This document shows, in pieces, positions 1 to 13,282 of a DNA stretch of 64,000 nucleotides. The notes beneath the pieces are model-generated. The model worked only from the letters and a program-made list of their open reading frames with translations, was not told the DNA's origin and did not search any database. Origin of the DNA: Macrostomum lignano (lineage: Eukaryota). The translations under genes were made by a program, and so were the position numbers. The stretch lies in assembly GCA_002269645.1 (NCBI GenBank), contig NIVC01002991.1, positions 62,922 through 126,921 on the forward strand, given 5' to 3'. Position 1 is the first letter of the stretch; every line of letters begins with the position of its first letter.

Positions 1-228
1 GTACCTGAGGGTGGTGTTTAGCATCGCACCTGAAGTACCTGAGGGTGGTGTTTAGCATCGCACCTGAAGTACCTGAGGGTGGTGTTTAGCATCGCACCTG
101 AAGCACCTGAGGGTAGTGTTTAGCATCGCACCTGAAGTACCTGAGAATGGTGTTTAGCATCGCACCTGGTGTTTAGCATCGCACCTGAAGTATCATGGGG
201 TGGTGTTTAGCATCGCACTTAAAGTACA
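1..228. repeat. 34-bp minisatellite, runs off the left edge
   Basis: Unit GTACCTGAGGGTGGTGTTTAGCATCGCACCTGAA repeated about 6 times, degenerating rightwards. Confidence 0.95.
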
Positions 229-1037
229 TGCTGATCTAAATATAGATTTTTGTCTTTAGAGTGGATAGTGAGTCAAAAGTCAGTGTGCACCGCATGCAAG
301 AAAACGTTTCAATATTGAAATTGCACAGCGTTCCACCCTAAGCCGCATGCGCGGCAGACCGACGGTCTTTTATGCTTAAAAATGAAGCGAGCCAAGATTT
401 GACTGGTTCGAGAGACTTGAAACTAGTTGCTAGGGCAGTATGGCGTCAGAAAATTTCCTTCACCTGTAAGACAATCCTAACGTTGCGTGCGCATTTGATC
501 CAGGGGCTTAAGAAGGAGCCTTGTTTGTAACTCGATTACATTAGTACGCTTTAATTGAGTGAGTCAGTGCGACAGAATGTCTATTTCATATAATGCACTA
601 TTAGTGTACAAATAGTATTAGAATTTTTCAAGGTGCGCACATTTTCTTTAGTCATTCTATTGGAAGCTCTGATGTGCAAGAATTTCCACTGTTGTAAACG
701 TATGTGCCTTTTAAAATTATCAAGAGTAGTACCGCTTTATAAATATCTGCCTGTCTGTCTATCAAAGCTATAGGTTGAAGCCTTCCATTCCCAAAATTGT
801 TGGTCAAATAATTACATAATCACGTTGCATGCATGCCTTGATTTGCTTTGTTTATTAAATTAGCAAACTTTAATATTCATTTATGTCAGTTTGCTATCGT
901 ATAATAATGCCCTTTTACTCAATTATGTTAACCGGAGTTTCTCTCTTTTTAAGGGAGACATCCTCCAGACGATATCACGATTGGAGAATAATTAGGCTTC
1001 TGTGTTCTGTTTAGGTATGTCATGTCTCCACCACCAT

Positions 1038-1975
1038 ACTCAGTTGCTGGGCCAGCCTCCCAGAGTGTCAGTTGCTGGGCGAGCCTCCCAGAGTGTCAGT
1101 TGCTGGGCGAGCCTCCCAGATCCTCAGTTGCTGGGCGAGCCTCCCAGATCCTCAGTTGCTGGGCGAGCCTCCCAGATCCTCAGTTGCTGGGCCAGCTTCC
1201 CAGAGTGTCAGTTGCTGGGCCAGTCTCCCAGATCCTCAGTTGCTGGGCCAGCCTCCCAGATCTTCAGTTGCTGGGCCAGCCTCCCAGAGTGTCAGTTGCT
1301 GGGCCAGTCTCCCAGATCCTCAGTTGCTGGGCCAGTCTCCCAGATCCTCAGTTGCTGGGCCAGCCTCCCAGATCCTCAGTTGCTGGGCCAGCCTCCCAGA
1401 GTGTCAGTTGCTGGGCCAGCCTCCCAGATCTTCAGTTGCTGGGCCAGCCTCCCAGATCCTCAATTGCTGGGCCGACCTCCCAGATCTTAGTTGCTGGGCC
1501 ATCTTCCCAGATCCTCAGTTGCTTGGCCAGCCTCCCAGATCCTCAGTTACTGGGCCAGCCTCCCAGATCCTCAGTTGCTGGGCCAGCCTCCCAGAGTGTC
1601 AGTTGCTGGGCCTGCTTCCCAGATCCTCAGTTGCTGGGGCAGCTTCCCAGATCCTCAGTTGCTAGGGCAGCTTCCCAGATCCTCAGTTGCTGGGCCAGCC
1701 TCCCAGAGTGTCAGTTGCTGGGCCAGCCTCCCAGAGTGTCAGTTGCTGGGCCAGCTTCCCAGATCCTCAGTTGCTGGGCCAGCTTCCCAGATCCTCAGTT
1801 GCTGGGCCAGCTTCCCAGATCCTCAGTTGCTGGGCCAGCCTCCCAGATCCTCAGTTGCTGGGCCAGCCTCCCAGAGTGTCAGTTGCTGGGCCAGCTTCCC
1901 AGAGTGTCAGTTGCTGGGCCAGCCTCCCAGAGTGTCAGTTGCTGGGCCAGCTTCCCAGATCCTCAATTGCTGGGC
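1038..1975. repeat. 28-bp minisatellite
   Basis: Unit CAGTTGCTGGGCCAGCCTCCCAGATCCT with an ...AGAGTGT variant, about 33 copies. It explains the ORFs at 1002-2027. Confidence 0.95.
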
Positions 1976-2649
1976 CACCACCGTCACCTTCCCAGAGCAT
2001 AAAAATGTAACACAATGTTCGACATAGCCTTTTAAACAGTTTTTAGCCTTACCAACAGTGAATCTTTCTCAAAGCTACCGTTTATGCCTGCCACTGTTTT
2101 TCTACGATCAATATTGTGAAAACTTGATTAATTTTTAATTATCACCGGTTATTCTGAAAAATACTTAAGCAGGTAATTTTTTTACTAAAGCTTTATTAAC
2201 GTGCTCCGCTGCTTTAAACCCTGTCTATTTTTTGTTTAAAATATCTAAGCCTAAACAAAAGTCCCCGTTTTTATTGCCGCCGATCCCATTTTCCCTTCGT
2301 GCCCCTGAGATGGCTTTCTTCCATCGCTCCGCTCTCTTACTGCACACCTGCTAATCCTGTTGCATTTCCTAAAATTATAACTGGCTATTGTTTGCCTGCG
2401 TATATATATTGCATCAGCTACTTATATTACTTACAATTATCAATCATGTCTGTTAATAGTTTCTATAAATTAATATTTTTCTCATTCGGTTTCCTTTCTC
2501 CCACCTTTTTGCAGTCGTGGAGTTCTAGATACGAAATCTGGATTAGGAAACTCGCTAGCCAGCTTCACTTTGCAGGTCAGCTGCCTTATAAAATCAAAAT
2601 TTTTGCATCAGCTCTGTCAATAGCTTTCATAATGACCCTGGGGCCGATT

Positions 2650-3290
2650 CTAGCGCCCTCTGACACCTATTCTAGCGCCCCTGACACCTATTCTAGCGCC
2701 CCTGACACCTATTCTGGCGCTCCCCTGACACCTATTCTTGCGCCCCCTGACAACCTATTCTGGCGCCCCCTGACACCTATTCTGGCGCCCCCGACAACCT
2801 ATTCTAGCGCCCCCTGACAACCGATTCTGGCGCTCCCCTGACACCTATTCTGATGTTCCCCTGACAACCTATTCTGGCGCCCCCTGACACCTATTCTGGC
2901 GCTTCCCTGACAACCGACTCTGGCGCTCCCCTGACACCTATTCTGGCGCCCCTGACAACCTATTCTGGCGCCCCCGACAACCTATTCTGGCGCCCCCTGA
3001 CAACCGACTCTGGCGCTCCCCTGACAACCGATTCTGGCGTCCCCTGACAACCGATTCTGGCGACCCCTGACACAACCTTGCACATGCGCCCCCTAGCGCC
3101 GATTCTAGCGCCCCCTAACGTCGATTCTAGAGCCCCCTAGCGCCAATTCTAGCGCCCCCTAGCGCCGATTCTAGTGCCCCCTAGCGCCGATTCTAGTGCC
3201 CCCTAGCGCCGATTCTAGCGCCCCCTTAGGTCGATTCTAGAGCCCCCTAGCGCCGATTCTAGCGCCCCCTGACAGTCCACTCTGGCATAC
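2650..3290. repeat. 22-bp minisatellite with two sub-arrays
   Basis: CTGACACCTATTCTGGCGCCCC units at 2650-3070, then CTAGCGCCGATTCTAGCGCCCC units at 3085-3290. Confidence 0.9.
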
Positions 3291-4419
3291 ATCGTTAATC
3301 TTTTAATTAATTCCTGGACATAAAAGAATTTATTGAGTTTTTAACTTTCCCTCTTAAGTTTTTTCGTCTAGAACTCCTTATTGGTACTTTAAGTAGAGCG
3401 GTTTTTTTGATGAATATAAATGTCCTTTCAAGCTACTATTCGTTAAGTAGTAGCTGTAATCGGCTTCTTGAAAGTATTGTATTACAAACAAAGTAAATAA
3501 ACGAAAATATTTTGTAATGTATTGCATTGTCTATTAAATAATGTTATAAAATTAATTGGGTAAAAGAAAACTATTTCCATTGTAGATACTATATGGCATT
3601 GTACATGTGCCCTCCACTGCTCCTTCCCTACTAATTAGTACAATATGGATTTATCAAAAAACGCCTTATTTCAAAATGATCGATTTGCTCACTTTTCTAA
3701 CCTAGCCAGCCTACTTATCAGTAAGCTGTTTCGCGCAGTAAAATTATCTGATTTATAATTGTCAACAAAATGATCGATTATGAAGCTACTTTTTGAAATT
3801 GGCCCTTTTTAGCGTATTAAACCAGATTATGATTTCCATTCCGCAATATATAATAAAGGGCTTGTTAATAAATTTTGCCTATCTGTTTTGCGGTAATTTT
3901 AACACCACAGACCCGAAAATAAATGTGTTGAGGTTATAAGAGCCGATCAATTTTCAGTACTGTATGCTTAATTAATATCGTTTATATAAAATTAAGTTAA
4001 GCTTGAATTTTTATCAGCTCGAAATGCCGGTTGTATATCAATATTGACTGTAATTATTACAATTTTTACTCTCACCCGCCAGTCTGTCTGCCTGTGGCTT
4101 GGATTTTTATAAATCTTCTTAAACCTTATTTATTTTGTACTGTTGGCCTGTGAATCTATTTTTATGCTATTTAATACCGATCGTTGCTATATATACTACT
4201 ATAAGCTTAATTAATCGTGCGTACTATTTCTCAATAACAAATAAATTAATGAATTTGTTTTTTATATCATTTCCGATTTTGGTTCCCAGCTAATCCAGGC
4301 GCCGAGGATCATTGGTCGTTGGTTAGAGAGCTGCGAGCTAAGCATATGTTTTGATTAGTTTAACTATAAAATATTAGCAGCGCAGTTTTTCATTGTGTTT
4401 GTTGCTTCTTTAACTAATT

Positions 4420-6330
4420 GCATCTGACATCAATTCTGCCATCTCCTGACACCCATTCTGGCAACTCCTGACACCCATTCTGCCATCTCCTGACACCCAT
4501 TCTGGCATCTCCTGACACCCATTCTGGCATCTCCTGACACCAATTCTGGCATCTCCTGACACCCATTCTGGCATCTCTTGACACCCATTCTGGCATCTCC
4601 TGACACCCATTCTGGCATCTCCTGACACCAATTCTGGCATCTCCTGACACCCATTCTGGCATCTCTTGACACCCATTCTGGCATCTCCTGACACCCATTC
4701 TAACGACTCCTGACACCCATTCTGGCATCTCCTGACACCCATTCTGGCATCTCCTGACACTCATTCTGGCATCTCCTGACACCCATTCTGGCGACTCCTG
4801 ACACTCATTCTGGCATCTCCTGACACCCATTCTGGCGACTCCTGACACCCATTCTGGCATCTCCTGACACCCATTCTGGCATCTCCTGACACCCATTCTG
4901 GCATCTCCTGACACCCATTCTGGCATCTCCTGACACCCATTCTGGCATCTCCTGACACCCATTCTGGCATCTCTTGACACCCATTCTGGCATCTCCTGAC
5001 ACCCATTCTGGCGACTCCTGACACCCATTCTGGCATCTCCTGACACTCATTCTGGCATCTCCTGACACCCATTCTGGCGACTCTTGACACCCATTCTGCC
5101 ATTTCCTGACACTTATTCTGGAATCTTCTGACACCTATTCTGGCGACTCCTGACACCTAGTCTGGCGACTCCTGACACTTATTCTGGCATCTTCTGACAC
5201 CCATTCTGGCATCTCCTGACACCCATTCTGGCGACTCCTGACACTTATTCTGGCATCTCCTGACACCCATTCTGCCATCTCCTGACGCTTATTTTGGCGA
5301 CTCCTGACACCCATTCTGGCATCTCCTGACACCCATTCTGGCGACTCCTGACACCCATTCTGGCGACTCCTGACACCCATTCTGGCATCTCCTGACACCC
5401 ATTCTGGCGACTCCTGACACCCATTCTGGCATCTCCTGACACCCATTCTGGCGACTCCTGACACCCATTCTGGCGACTCCTGACACCCATTCTGGCATCT
5501 CCTGACACCCATTCTGGCGACTCCTGACACCCATTCTGGCATTTCCTGACACCCATTCTGGCATCTCCTGACACCCATTCTGGCATCTCCTGACACCCAT
5601 TCTGGCATCTCTTGACACCCATTCTGGCATCTCCTGACACCCATTCTGGCGACTCCTGACACCCATTCTGGCATCTCCTGACACCCATTCTGGCATCTCC
5701 TGACACCTATTCTGGCGACTCCTGACACCCATTCTGGCATCTCCTGACACCCATTCTGGCATCTCTTGACACCCATTCTGGCATCTGACACCCATTCTGG
5801 CATCTCCTGACCCCCATTCTGGCGTCTCCTGACACCCATTCTGGCGACTCCTGACATCCATTCTGGCGACCCCTGAACTGACACCCATTCTGCCGACTCC
5901 TGACACCTATTCTGCCATCTCGTGACACTTATTCTGGCGACTCCTGACACCCATTCTGGCGACTCTTGACACCCATTCTGCCATTTCCTGACACTTATTC
6001 TGGCGACTCTCGACGCCTATTCTGGTGACTCCTGACACCCATTCTGGCCACTCCTGACGCCTATTCTGGTGACTCCTGACACCCATTCTGGCAACTCCTG
6101 ACACCCATTCTGGCCACTCCTGACACCCATTCTGGCGACTCCTGACACCCATTCTGGCGCCTCCGGACACCCATTCTGGCGTCTCTTGACGCCTATTCTG
6201 GTGACTCCTGACACCCATTCTGGCCACTCCTGACGCCTATTCTGGTGACTCCTGACAACCATTCTGGCGACTCCTGACGCCTATTCTGGTGACTCCTGAC
6301 ACCCATTCTGGCGACTCCTGACACCAATTT
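4420..6330. repeat. 22-bp minisatellite
   Basis: Unit CTGACACCCATTCTGGCATCTC or ...GGCGACTC, about 85 copies. It explains the minus-strand ORFs at 4410-6262. Confidence 0.95.
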
Positions 6331-6904
6331 TGCCAGATTTTCGAGCTACCTCAAATTCCATTGATTCAGGAAACAAATAGTTAATCTGATTATTATATGG
6401 AAATCGCGAGTTACTATTACTAGTGCTAGCATCTGTTAAGTTTTTTTGACCCTTACTCTCGATGTGATGTCACTCCCCGAATGGAAAGATTGTTCCAATA
6501 ATGGACCAGTAGGTCTTTTCTTACAATGAAGAATTTCTTTCTAAAGGCTAAAATAAATGAAGTGTGAATTGCGAATTGCTTTGTTGGCCAACACCGAAGG
6601 CCTGAGTTGCTATCCCTGCATGTCCTATAGGCTCATTCGGGCTTCGGTCAGTTCTATAGTTGCCAGGCGGGGTCTTAAGGATTCCGCAAAAAACTTCAGT
6701 GCGGATGATCAGCGATGCGCGATACAGAGGGTCAAGCATGACGACTGGAGCTCATTGTGTCCCAGTATTTGATCCTGATCTTAACTCTGTCTATATGCGC
6801 CTGGCCCTTGTTGATTGCGCAACTTGAGCTCGATTTTTCTTGTCCTATGTGTCAGACAGTGGCCGTGCCTTCTGTAGGCACTACCAACCTAGTTCTTGTC
6901 CCTT

Positions 6905-7265
6905 ACCTAGACACGGCCTATACGGCTGTACCTGTGCCTGTTTACAATTAGCTAGACACGGCCTATACGGCTGTACCTGTGCCTGTTTACAATTAGCTAG
7001 ACACGGCCTATACGGCTGTACCTGTGCCTGTTTACAATTAGCTAGACACGGCCTATACGGCTGTACCTGTGCTTGTTTACAATTAGCTAGACACGGCCTA
7101 TACGGCTGTACCTGTGCCTGTTTACAATTAGGTAGACACGGCCTATACGGCTGTACCTGTGCTTGTTTACAATTAGCTAGACACTGCCTATACGGCTGTA
7201 CCTGTGCCTGTTTACAATTAGCTAGACACGGCCTATACGGCTGTACCTGTGCCTGTTTACAGTTA
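6905..7265. repeat. 45-bp minisatellite
   Basis: CTAGACACGGCCTATACGGCTGTACCTGTGCCTGTTTACAATTAG x8. Confidence 0.95.
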
Positions 7266-8019
7266 CCTTATAAGGGTGCGTCTAAAATTGCCTTTATTTA
7301 AACAACATTTTTCTTTCCAGCTCATATTTTTAGATTGATTAAAATAAGCAGAATATGGAAACGAAAAATGCGCTAATACAAAAATTTTATTGTACAAAAT
7401 TGTTTATTTACATTTGAAGTGATAATTTTAGCGCGGGCTGTGCTATGAATGCCATGCCTATGAGTGAAAAAAATGTCATACAGATGATTGAAAAAAACAT
7501 ACTGATATCTTTCTGCAAAAAAATGGTGAAATAGAGCACTTTTGTAAATAAAAATTGGTTTAAATCAGCCAACGTACATGTATCGTATAAACTTCATACT
7601 TAAAAGCACAAAATAAATTTGACGAAACCTAAACACGTGTGAAGTTCAAAAGAATCAATTTTAACTGTCACATAAATTAGTTTCACTTCAGCTCCTGTAT
7701 CGAAACGAAGTACCTCTTTAGTTTACTAATATAATAATATTTAAAGAATTTTCCTTAATCCAGAGGAAAAAAGAAAACATGAGTCTTATTTTTTTTCTAA
7801 CTACGAGTACTGAGGGGAACCGTCTAAAAACTAATAAAATACAAGACATCATGTTCTTTTATTTTTACAGATACTAAGTGTATTTAGTCGCGACCGTTAC
7901 CTTTTGCCCCAGTGAACTGCAGCTCATGCCGGATGTGCAACACTCTTCGCTTCCAGCAGCTGCACCCAAAATACTTCTTCTAGCTTCTTCTTCAATGCTC
8001 GGAAATTGGAGCCCAGAGA

Positions 8020-8108
8020 GCTAACTGCTGCTGGTGTTGTTGTTGCTGCTGTTGGTGTTGCTGCTGCTGTTGTTGCTGCTGCTGTTGTTGCTGCTGCTGT
8101 TGTTGGTG
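8020..8108. repeat. Trinucleotide (GCT/GTT) microsatellite
   Basis: GTTGTTGCTGCTGCT-type run, read as CAG/CAA on the minus strand. Confidence 0.85.
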
Positions 8109-8820
8109 ATGAAGGTGTCAGTTTTAGTATAGGCAGTGGAAAGGACGGGCGAAGGTGGCATTGTGAGAAGACCGCGCGTGTGTGCTGCTGACCAATGTAA
8201 TCGACCGGACTCGCTGTAAGCTCCTCGATCTGTTTAGGCTCTCTTCGGCCTCGTAGTTGAAGAAATAACGCGCGAACGAATAGTTTTAATACCAAGTTAA
8301 AAGTGAAGTATCGCTTAAAACTCCCGGCTGAAGTCCGCTCGGGGCCGAGGCGAGCCTTCCGGGGTTTTATCCGCCTGTCAACCGCCTCACTCGTCTCGCC
8401 GACTCGCCATTGTCCGATCTGAAATGGGACTGGGGCTCACTGCTGTCTTTTAGCTGCAGCGCTTTGCTTTATCGCATCTATTGAGTTGCCTTCTTCTAGA
8501 CCTATTATTTTGTTGCCACAGCCTCTTTTTCCGCCCAGCGTTCCTATAGCTTTCGGTGAAGTGTCGTTGCGTCTAGCGTTTTCTTTAGCTTTGGCTTCGC
8601 CTCGCCCAGCTCATGCTTTGCAACAGCCTCTTCTACTGCCGAATTTCCGAACCCTATACTCCACACGGCCTTGTTCGCAGCACATCGACCTTGTGGAGCC
8701 CTTCTTTGCGAAGCTGCGTCCTGTCCGAGAAGGCGGTAAAACTCTGATCAAGGTCCCGTCGATGTATTGCAAAAGCTCATATTTGTCATGGGACGTCGAT
8801 AGAATCGGATTGCTGTGAAG

Positions 8821-9290
8821 CTAGACACTATACCTATACGGCTGTACCTGTTCCTCTTTACAGTTAACTGTCACCTAGACACAACAATTACGGCTGTACC
8901 TGTTCCTGTTTACAGTTAACAGTTACCTAGACACAACCATTACGGCTGTACCTGTTCCTGTTTACAGTTAACAGTTACCTAGACACAACCATTACGGCTG
9001 TACCTGTTCCTGTTTACAGTTAACAGTTACCTAGACACAACCATTACGGCTGTACCTGTTCCTCTTTACAGTTAACAGTTAACTAGACACAACCATTACG
9101 GCTGTACCTGTTCCTGTTTACAGTTAACAGTTACCTAGACACAACCCTTACGGCTGTACCTGTTCCTGTTTACAGTTAACAGTTAACTAGACACAACCAT
9201 TACGGCTGTACCTGTTCCTGTTTACAGTTAACAGTTAACTAGACACAACCATTACGGCTGTACCTGTTCCTGTTTACAGTGCCTAGACAC
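8821..9290. repeat. 52-bp minisatellite related to the 45-bp array
   Basis: CTAGACACAACCATTACGGCTGTACCTGTTCCTGTTTACAGTTAACAGTTAC, about 9 copies (CTAG at 8927 and 8979). Confidence 0.95.
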
Positions 9291-10279
9291 TTAAGACCCT
9301 ACCTTGTTCCAATCTATGTATATTACAGCTTCTCCTTCGACAGACACTGCCTGTTACTGTCTAAAGACATAGTCTATTTCTAATCTAAAACCACTGTTTT
9401 ATCAGCCACGCACTCGCATTCAAACTAGACTACTCAGAGTAGGCAGATGCAATCGCAATTTCAACCGCGGACCATACAGCTCAACTCACTGCCGACTCAG
9501 GGCTAATTTAGCGAACAGAAATATCCTGAATGGGAACTAATTGAGCAGCGGTCTCCAACGCCCTTCACGCTGAATTGAGCTCACGCTCTATGGCCCTAAT
9601 CCCCACAGTGATACGAGACCAATTGAACGGCCGCACAGGTGGCCAATGGCATCGGCCCACTCCTCTAAACTCCAAAGGGGATTTTAGTTGCTAGGCCTGG
9701 GCGCTCGAGGTTGATATCGAAAAAAATTGACCGACCTCTTGTGGAGCTGAAATCTACGATAGAATATTGGATGGATGACGCAGTTTTGACTGAATTTCAT
9801 ACCGCTCGTTCTTCCGTTCTTCCCGACCTTACCCAATATTTTTTCTCCTAATGCATGTATCTCCTCCCGGCCTCTGCCCGGTGACGCAAGAGGCTCCGGG
9901 GTAGCCGCAGGTGCCGCCAGTCAGTAGCGAAGTTTCTTCAAAGTTTCACAGAGAGCTAAGCCGATTAGGAGCTTAAGTCCACACGACCGAGGCTCGCGTG
10001 TCCGCCTGCGTCTTGCCCGCCTGCGTTACCCCCCGGATGACTGCTGGTTGGCCATTTCACTGCATTCGTATGGATGTGGGGGCTGCTCCGGGCTAGCTTT
10101 TGGTGTTCTAATCAAGGATATTGTCATGTTGTTCTGTTGGGATCTTGCACAACATCTTTCCGTGTAAATTTTTGCCGAAACAATTCGATTGAATCGCGAC
10201 TTAAGTCACCGCTAGAGCTAAATACTGTCTCAAATTCACTGAATCATATTCAACTGTCTCCCATGTTTGCCTATCTTAC

Positions 10280-10572
10280 ATGTCTCATGCTCACCCGTCT
10301 CATGTTCACCTGTCTCACCTGTCTCATGTTCACCTGTCTCACCTGTCTCATGTTCACCTGTCTCATGTTCACCTGTCTCATGTTCACCTGTCTCATGTTC
10401 ACCTTTCTCACCTGTCTCATGTTCACCTTTCTCACCTGTCTCATGTTCACCTGTCTCATGTTCACCTGTCTCATGTTCACCTTTCTCACCTGTCTCATGT
10501 TCACCTTTCTCACCTGTCTCATGTTCACCTTTCTCACCTGTCTCATGTTCACCTGTCTTATCTGTCTCATGT
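10280..10572. repeat. 15/9-bp compound minisatellite
   Basis: TCTCATGTTCACCTG units interspersed with TCTCACCTG. Confidence 0.9.
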
Positions 10573-11126
10573 CTCACACCCACATTTGAGTGTATTGAGT
10601 GGACTGTGTAATCTACTGCATATTCACCAAGAACGGCCTGTCGGCCTGTCAGTGAGTGTGACACCTTGGATGACACTGGGGATTATTTAACTCACGCTAC
10701 TATACACTTTTGCACCTCGCCTCGTGTCTTCTAAAAGAAGAGAGTAGAGAGAGAGAGAAAGAAACAAACTCTATAGACTACAGTTCTCCTGGAAGCAGAG
10801 CGTGTTGACAGCCTGCGCACTGTGTGCTCTGCGCCCTCTCAAGACAGACTCGCGCAATCACCTGGGATTTCTTCCTGTGAAAAAGCCGAAGGGGCGAATG
10901 GCAAACTTCGCCTCCGATGATCCGATTAGCAAACACTGCTGTCTGAGAAGAACAATTCTCTGAGCTGTATGCTCTAATTGGGTCCAGGAGAGCTGCTTAG
11001 ATACACTCGAATCGAACTTTCGTACGATGTGTTAATTAAGCGCTGGGCGAGAATTTTTATCTACATTTTTGTCCGGGAATTTTAGCTCCAAACTTCCACA
11101 AAACTTTGCTTAATTATCCCCCTCGC

Positions 11127-11140
11127 ATCAGCAGAAGCAG

Positions 11141-11175
<35 letters not shown>
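11127..11175. repeat. (CAG)n microsatellite
   Basis: CAGCAGAAGCAGAAG followed by a pure CAG run. A (CTG)n run lies nearby at about 11294-11313. Confidence 0.9.
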
Positions 11176-11176
<1 letters not shown>

Positions 11177-11514
11177 GATTCGACTTGCCTCTGAGTTTTT
11201 TGTTCCGCGCAGCTTCAAGTTTCACCTGATCTCGTGTCACAATTCGGGCAGTCAGGCAGACAGACGGACAGACGGACAGGGAGAGAACGCTTCTGCTGCT
11301 GCTGCTGCTGCTGTAAAAGAAGACGGCTCTCTGATGGGGCAGGGACGAGAAGAGAAAACGAAACGATGAGGCGCCCAGAGGAGACTGAGAGCTGCGAGCC
11401 ATGGAGTTCGAGATTGGGAAGTGTCTGGAGTGGAAATCGGCATTGCTACGCAATAATTCTGATTTCTTTTTAACCTAATGGCCTGATAGAATCTAGCGCA
11501 ACACTAAAAATCAG

Positions 11515-11780
11515 GGCCTGAGAGAGGAGAGGCAAGAGTAGAGAGGGGAGAGGCGAGATGAGAGGAGCGGGGAGATAAGGGGAGAGAAGAGAGAGGGCAG
11601 ATGAGAGAGGAGAGTGGAGAGGAGAGAGGAGATGGGAGAGGAGGGGAGAAAGGAGAGAAGAGAGAGATGATGGGAGAGAGAGAGACGGGGGAGAGGATAG
11701 AGAAGAGGGAAGAGGAGGGGAGATTAAAGGGAGATAGAAGAGAGAGGAGAAAAAAGAGAAGAGAGCTGAGAAGAGACACA
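11515..11780. repeat. AG-rich low-complexity tract
   Basis: Nearly pure purine on the + strand. Confidence 0.85.
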
Positions 11781-12349
11781 AACCTTGAGCGGGTTGGATT
11801 GCTATTATTGTGAAGTTTCAAAGGACCCGAGTGGCTTCGCCAGTTTCCTTTCCAGATGCTCTATTATTAGACGTCCATGGCAAGCCAGTCCGGAGCATTA
11901 ATTGCTCAATCTGCGTGAGTCGCCTCCCTTCCCCTGTCTTTGTCGCGTGAAAGTGACGGAGAGAGAGAGAGAGAAAAAAAAATCTTTTCCATTCACCTGA
12001 GAGAACCGACGGAATGCAGGGGGGGGGGTGGTGGCGGCTGCTGCTGAGAGTGTGGGGGAAGGCGGATCCTCTTTCATGACTAGGATGAGCAATAATAGTA
12101 GACGTTCTGTTGCTTGAATGGTTAGTTAAGGGCCAGAAAATATGAGACAGCGCGAAAGCCCCCGTGTTGCTCGTATCGGATGCGAAAATCTGCTGTCGGG
12201 GCCCAAGGTGCAGATTGGAAGATTTTGCTTACAGATTTGCGATTTGCCTCTGCTGCCATCTGCTGCTCAAATTAAATAGATTTTTCTGCTTTTATGACTG
12301 TTGTCTTTTGCCTGCCTGGCTCAGTGACGCCCAAGAAAGCTCAACTGAA

Positions 12350-13282
12350 AAATCAGGCGCCACCCTGAACAATCAGGCGCGACCCTGAACAATCAGGCAC
12401 ACAATGAACACTTAGGCGCCACCCTGAACAATCAGGAGCCACCCTGAACAATCAGGCGCCACCCTAAACAATCAGGCGCCACCCTGAACAATCAGGCGCC
12501 ACCCTGAACAATCAGGCGCCACCCTGAACAATCAGGCGCCACCCTGAACAATCAGGCGCCACCCTGAACAATCAGGCGCGACCCTGAACAATCAGGCGCC
12601 ACCTTGAACAATCAGGCGTGACCCTGAACAATCAGGCGCGACCCTGAACAATCAGGCGCCACCCTGAACAATCAGGCGCCACCCTGAACAATCAGGCGCG
12701 CCACCCTGAACAATCAGGCGCCACCCTGAACAATCAGGCGCCACCCTGAACAATCAGGCGCGACCCTGAACAATCAGGCGCGCCACCCTGAACAATCAGG
12801 CGCCACCCTGAACAATCAGGCGCGACCCTGAACAATCAGGCGCCACTCTGAACAATCAGGCGTGACCCTGAACAATCAGGCGCCACTCTGAACAATCAGG
12901 CGCGCCACACTGAACAATCAGGCGCCACTCTGAACAATCAGGCGCCACTCTGAACAATCAGGCGCCACCCTGAACAATCAGGCGCCACCCTGAACAATCA
13001 GGCGCGCCACCCTGAACAATCAGGCGTCACCCTGAACAATCAGGCGCCACCCTGAACAATCAGGCGCGACCCTGAACAATCAGGCGCCACTCTGAACAAT
13101 CAGGCGTGACCCTGAACAATCAGGCGCCACCCTGAACAATCAGGTGCCACTCTGAACAATCAGGCGCCACTCTGAACAATCAGGCGCGACCCTGAATAAT
13201 CAGGCGCCACCCTGAACAATCAGGCGCCACCCTGAACAATCAGGCGCCACCCTGAACAATCAGGCGCCACCCTGAACAATAG
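12350..13282. repeat. 20-bp minisatellite
   Basis: CACCCTGAACAATCAGGCGC with 22-bp GC-insertion variants, about 45 copies. Confidence 0.95.

Noticed and set aside
1002-2027. Five overlapping ORFs up to 326 aa
   Set aside because: They lie within a 28-bp tandem repeat that lacks stops on +. The same peptide cycles through all frames and there is no unique domain.
4410-6262. Numerous minus-strand ORFs (MGVRRCQNGCQEMPEW...)
   Set aside because: Translation of the 22-bp array; the frame changes with each unit.
6905-9290. CRISPR-like appearance of the 45/52-bp and other arrays
   Set aside because: Units are head-to-tail without unique spacers, there are no cas genes, and the context is eukaryotic.
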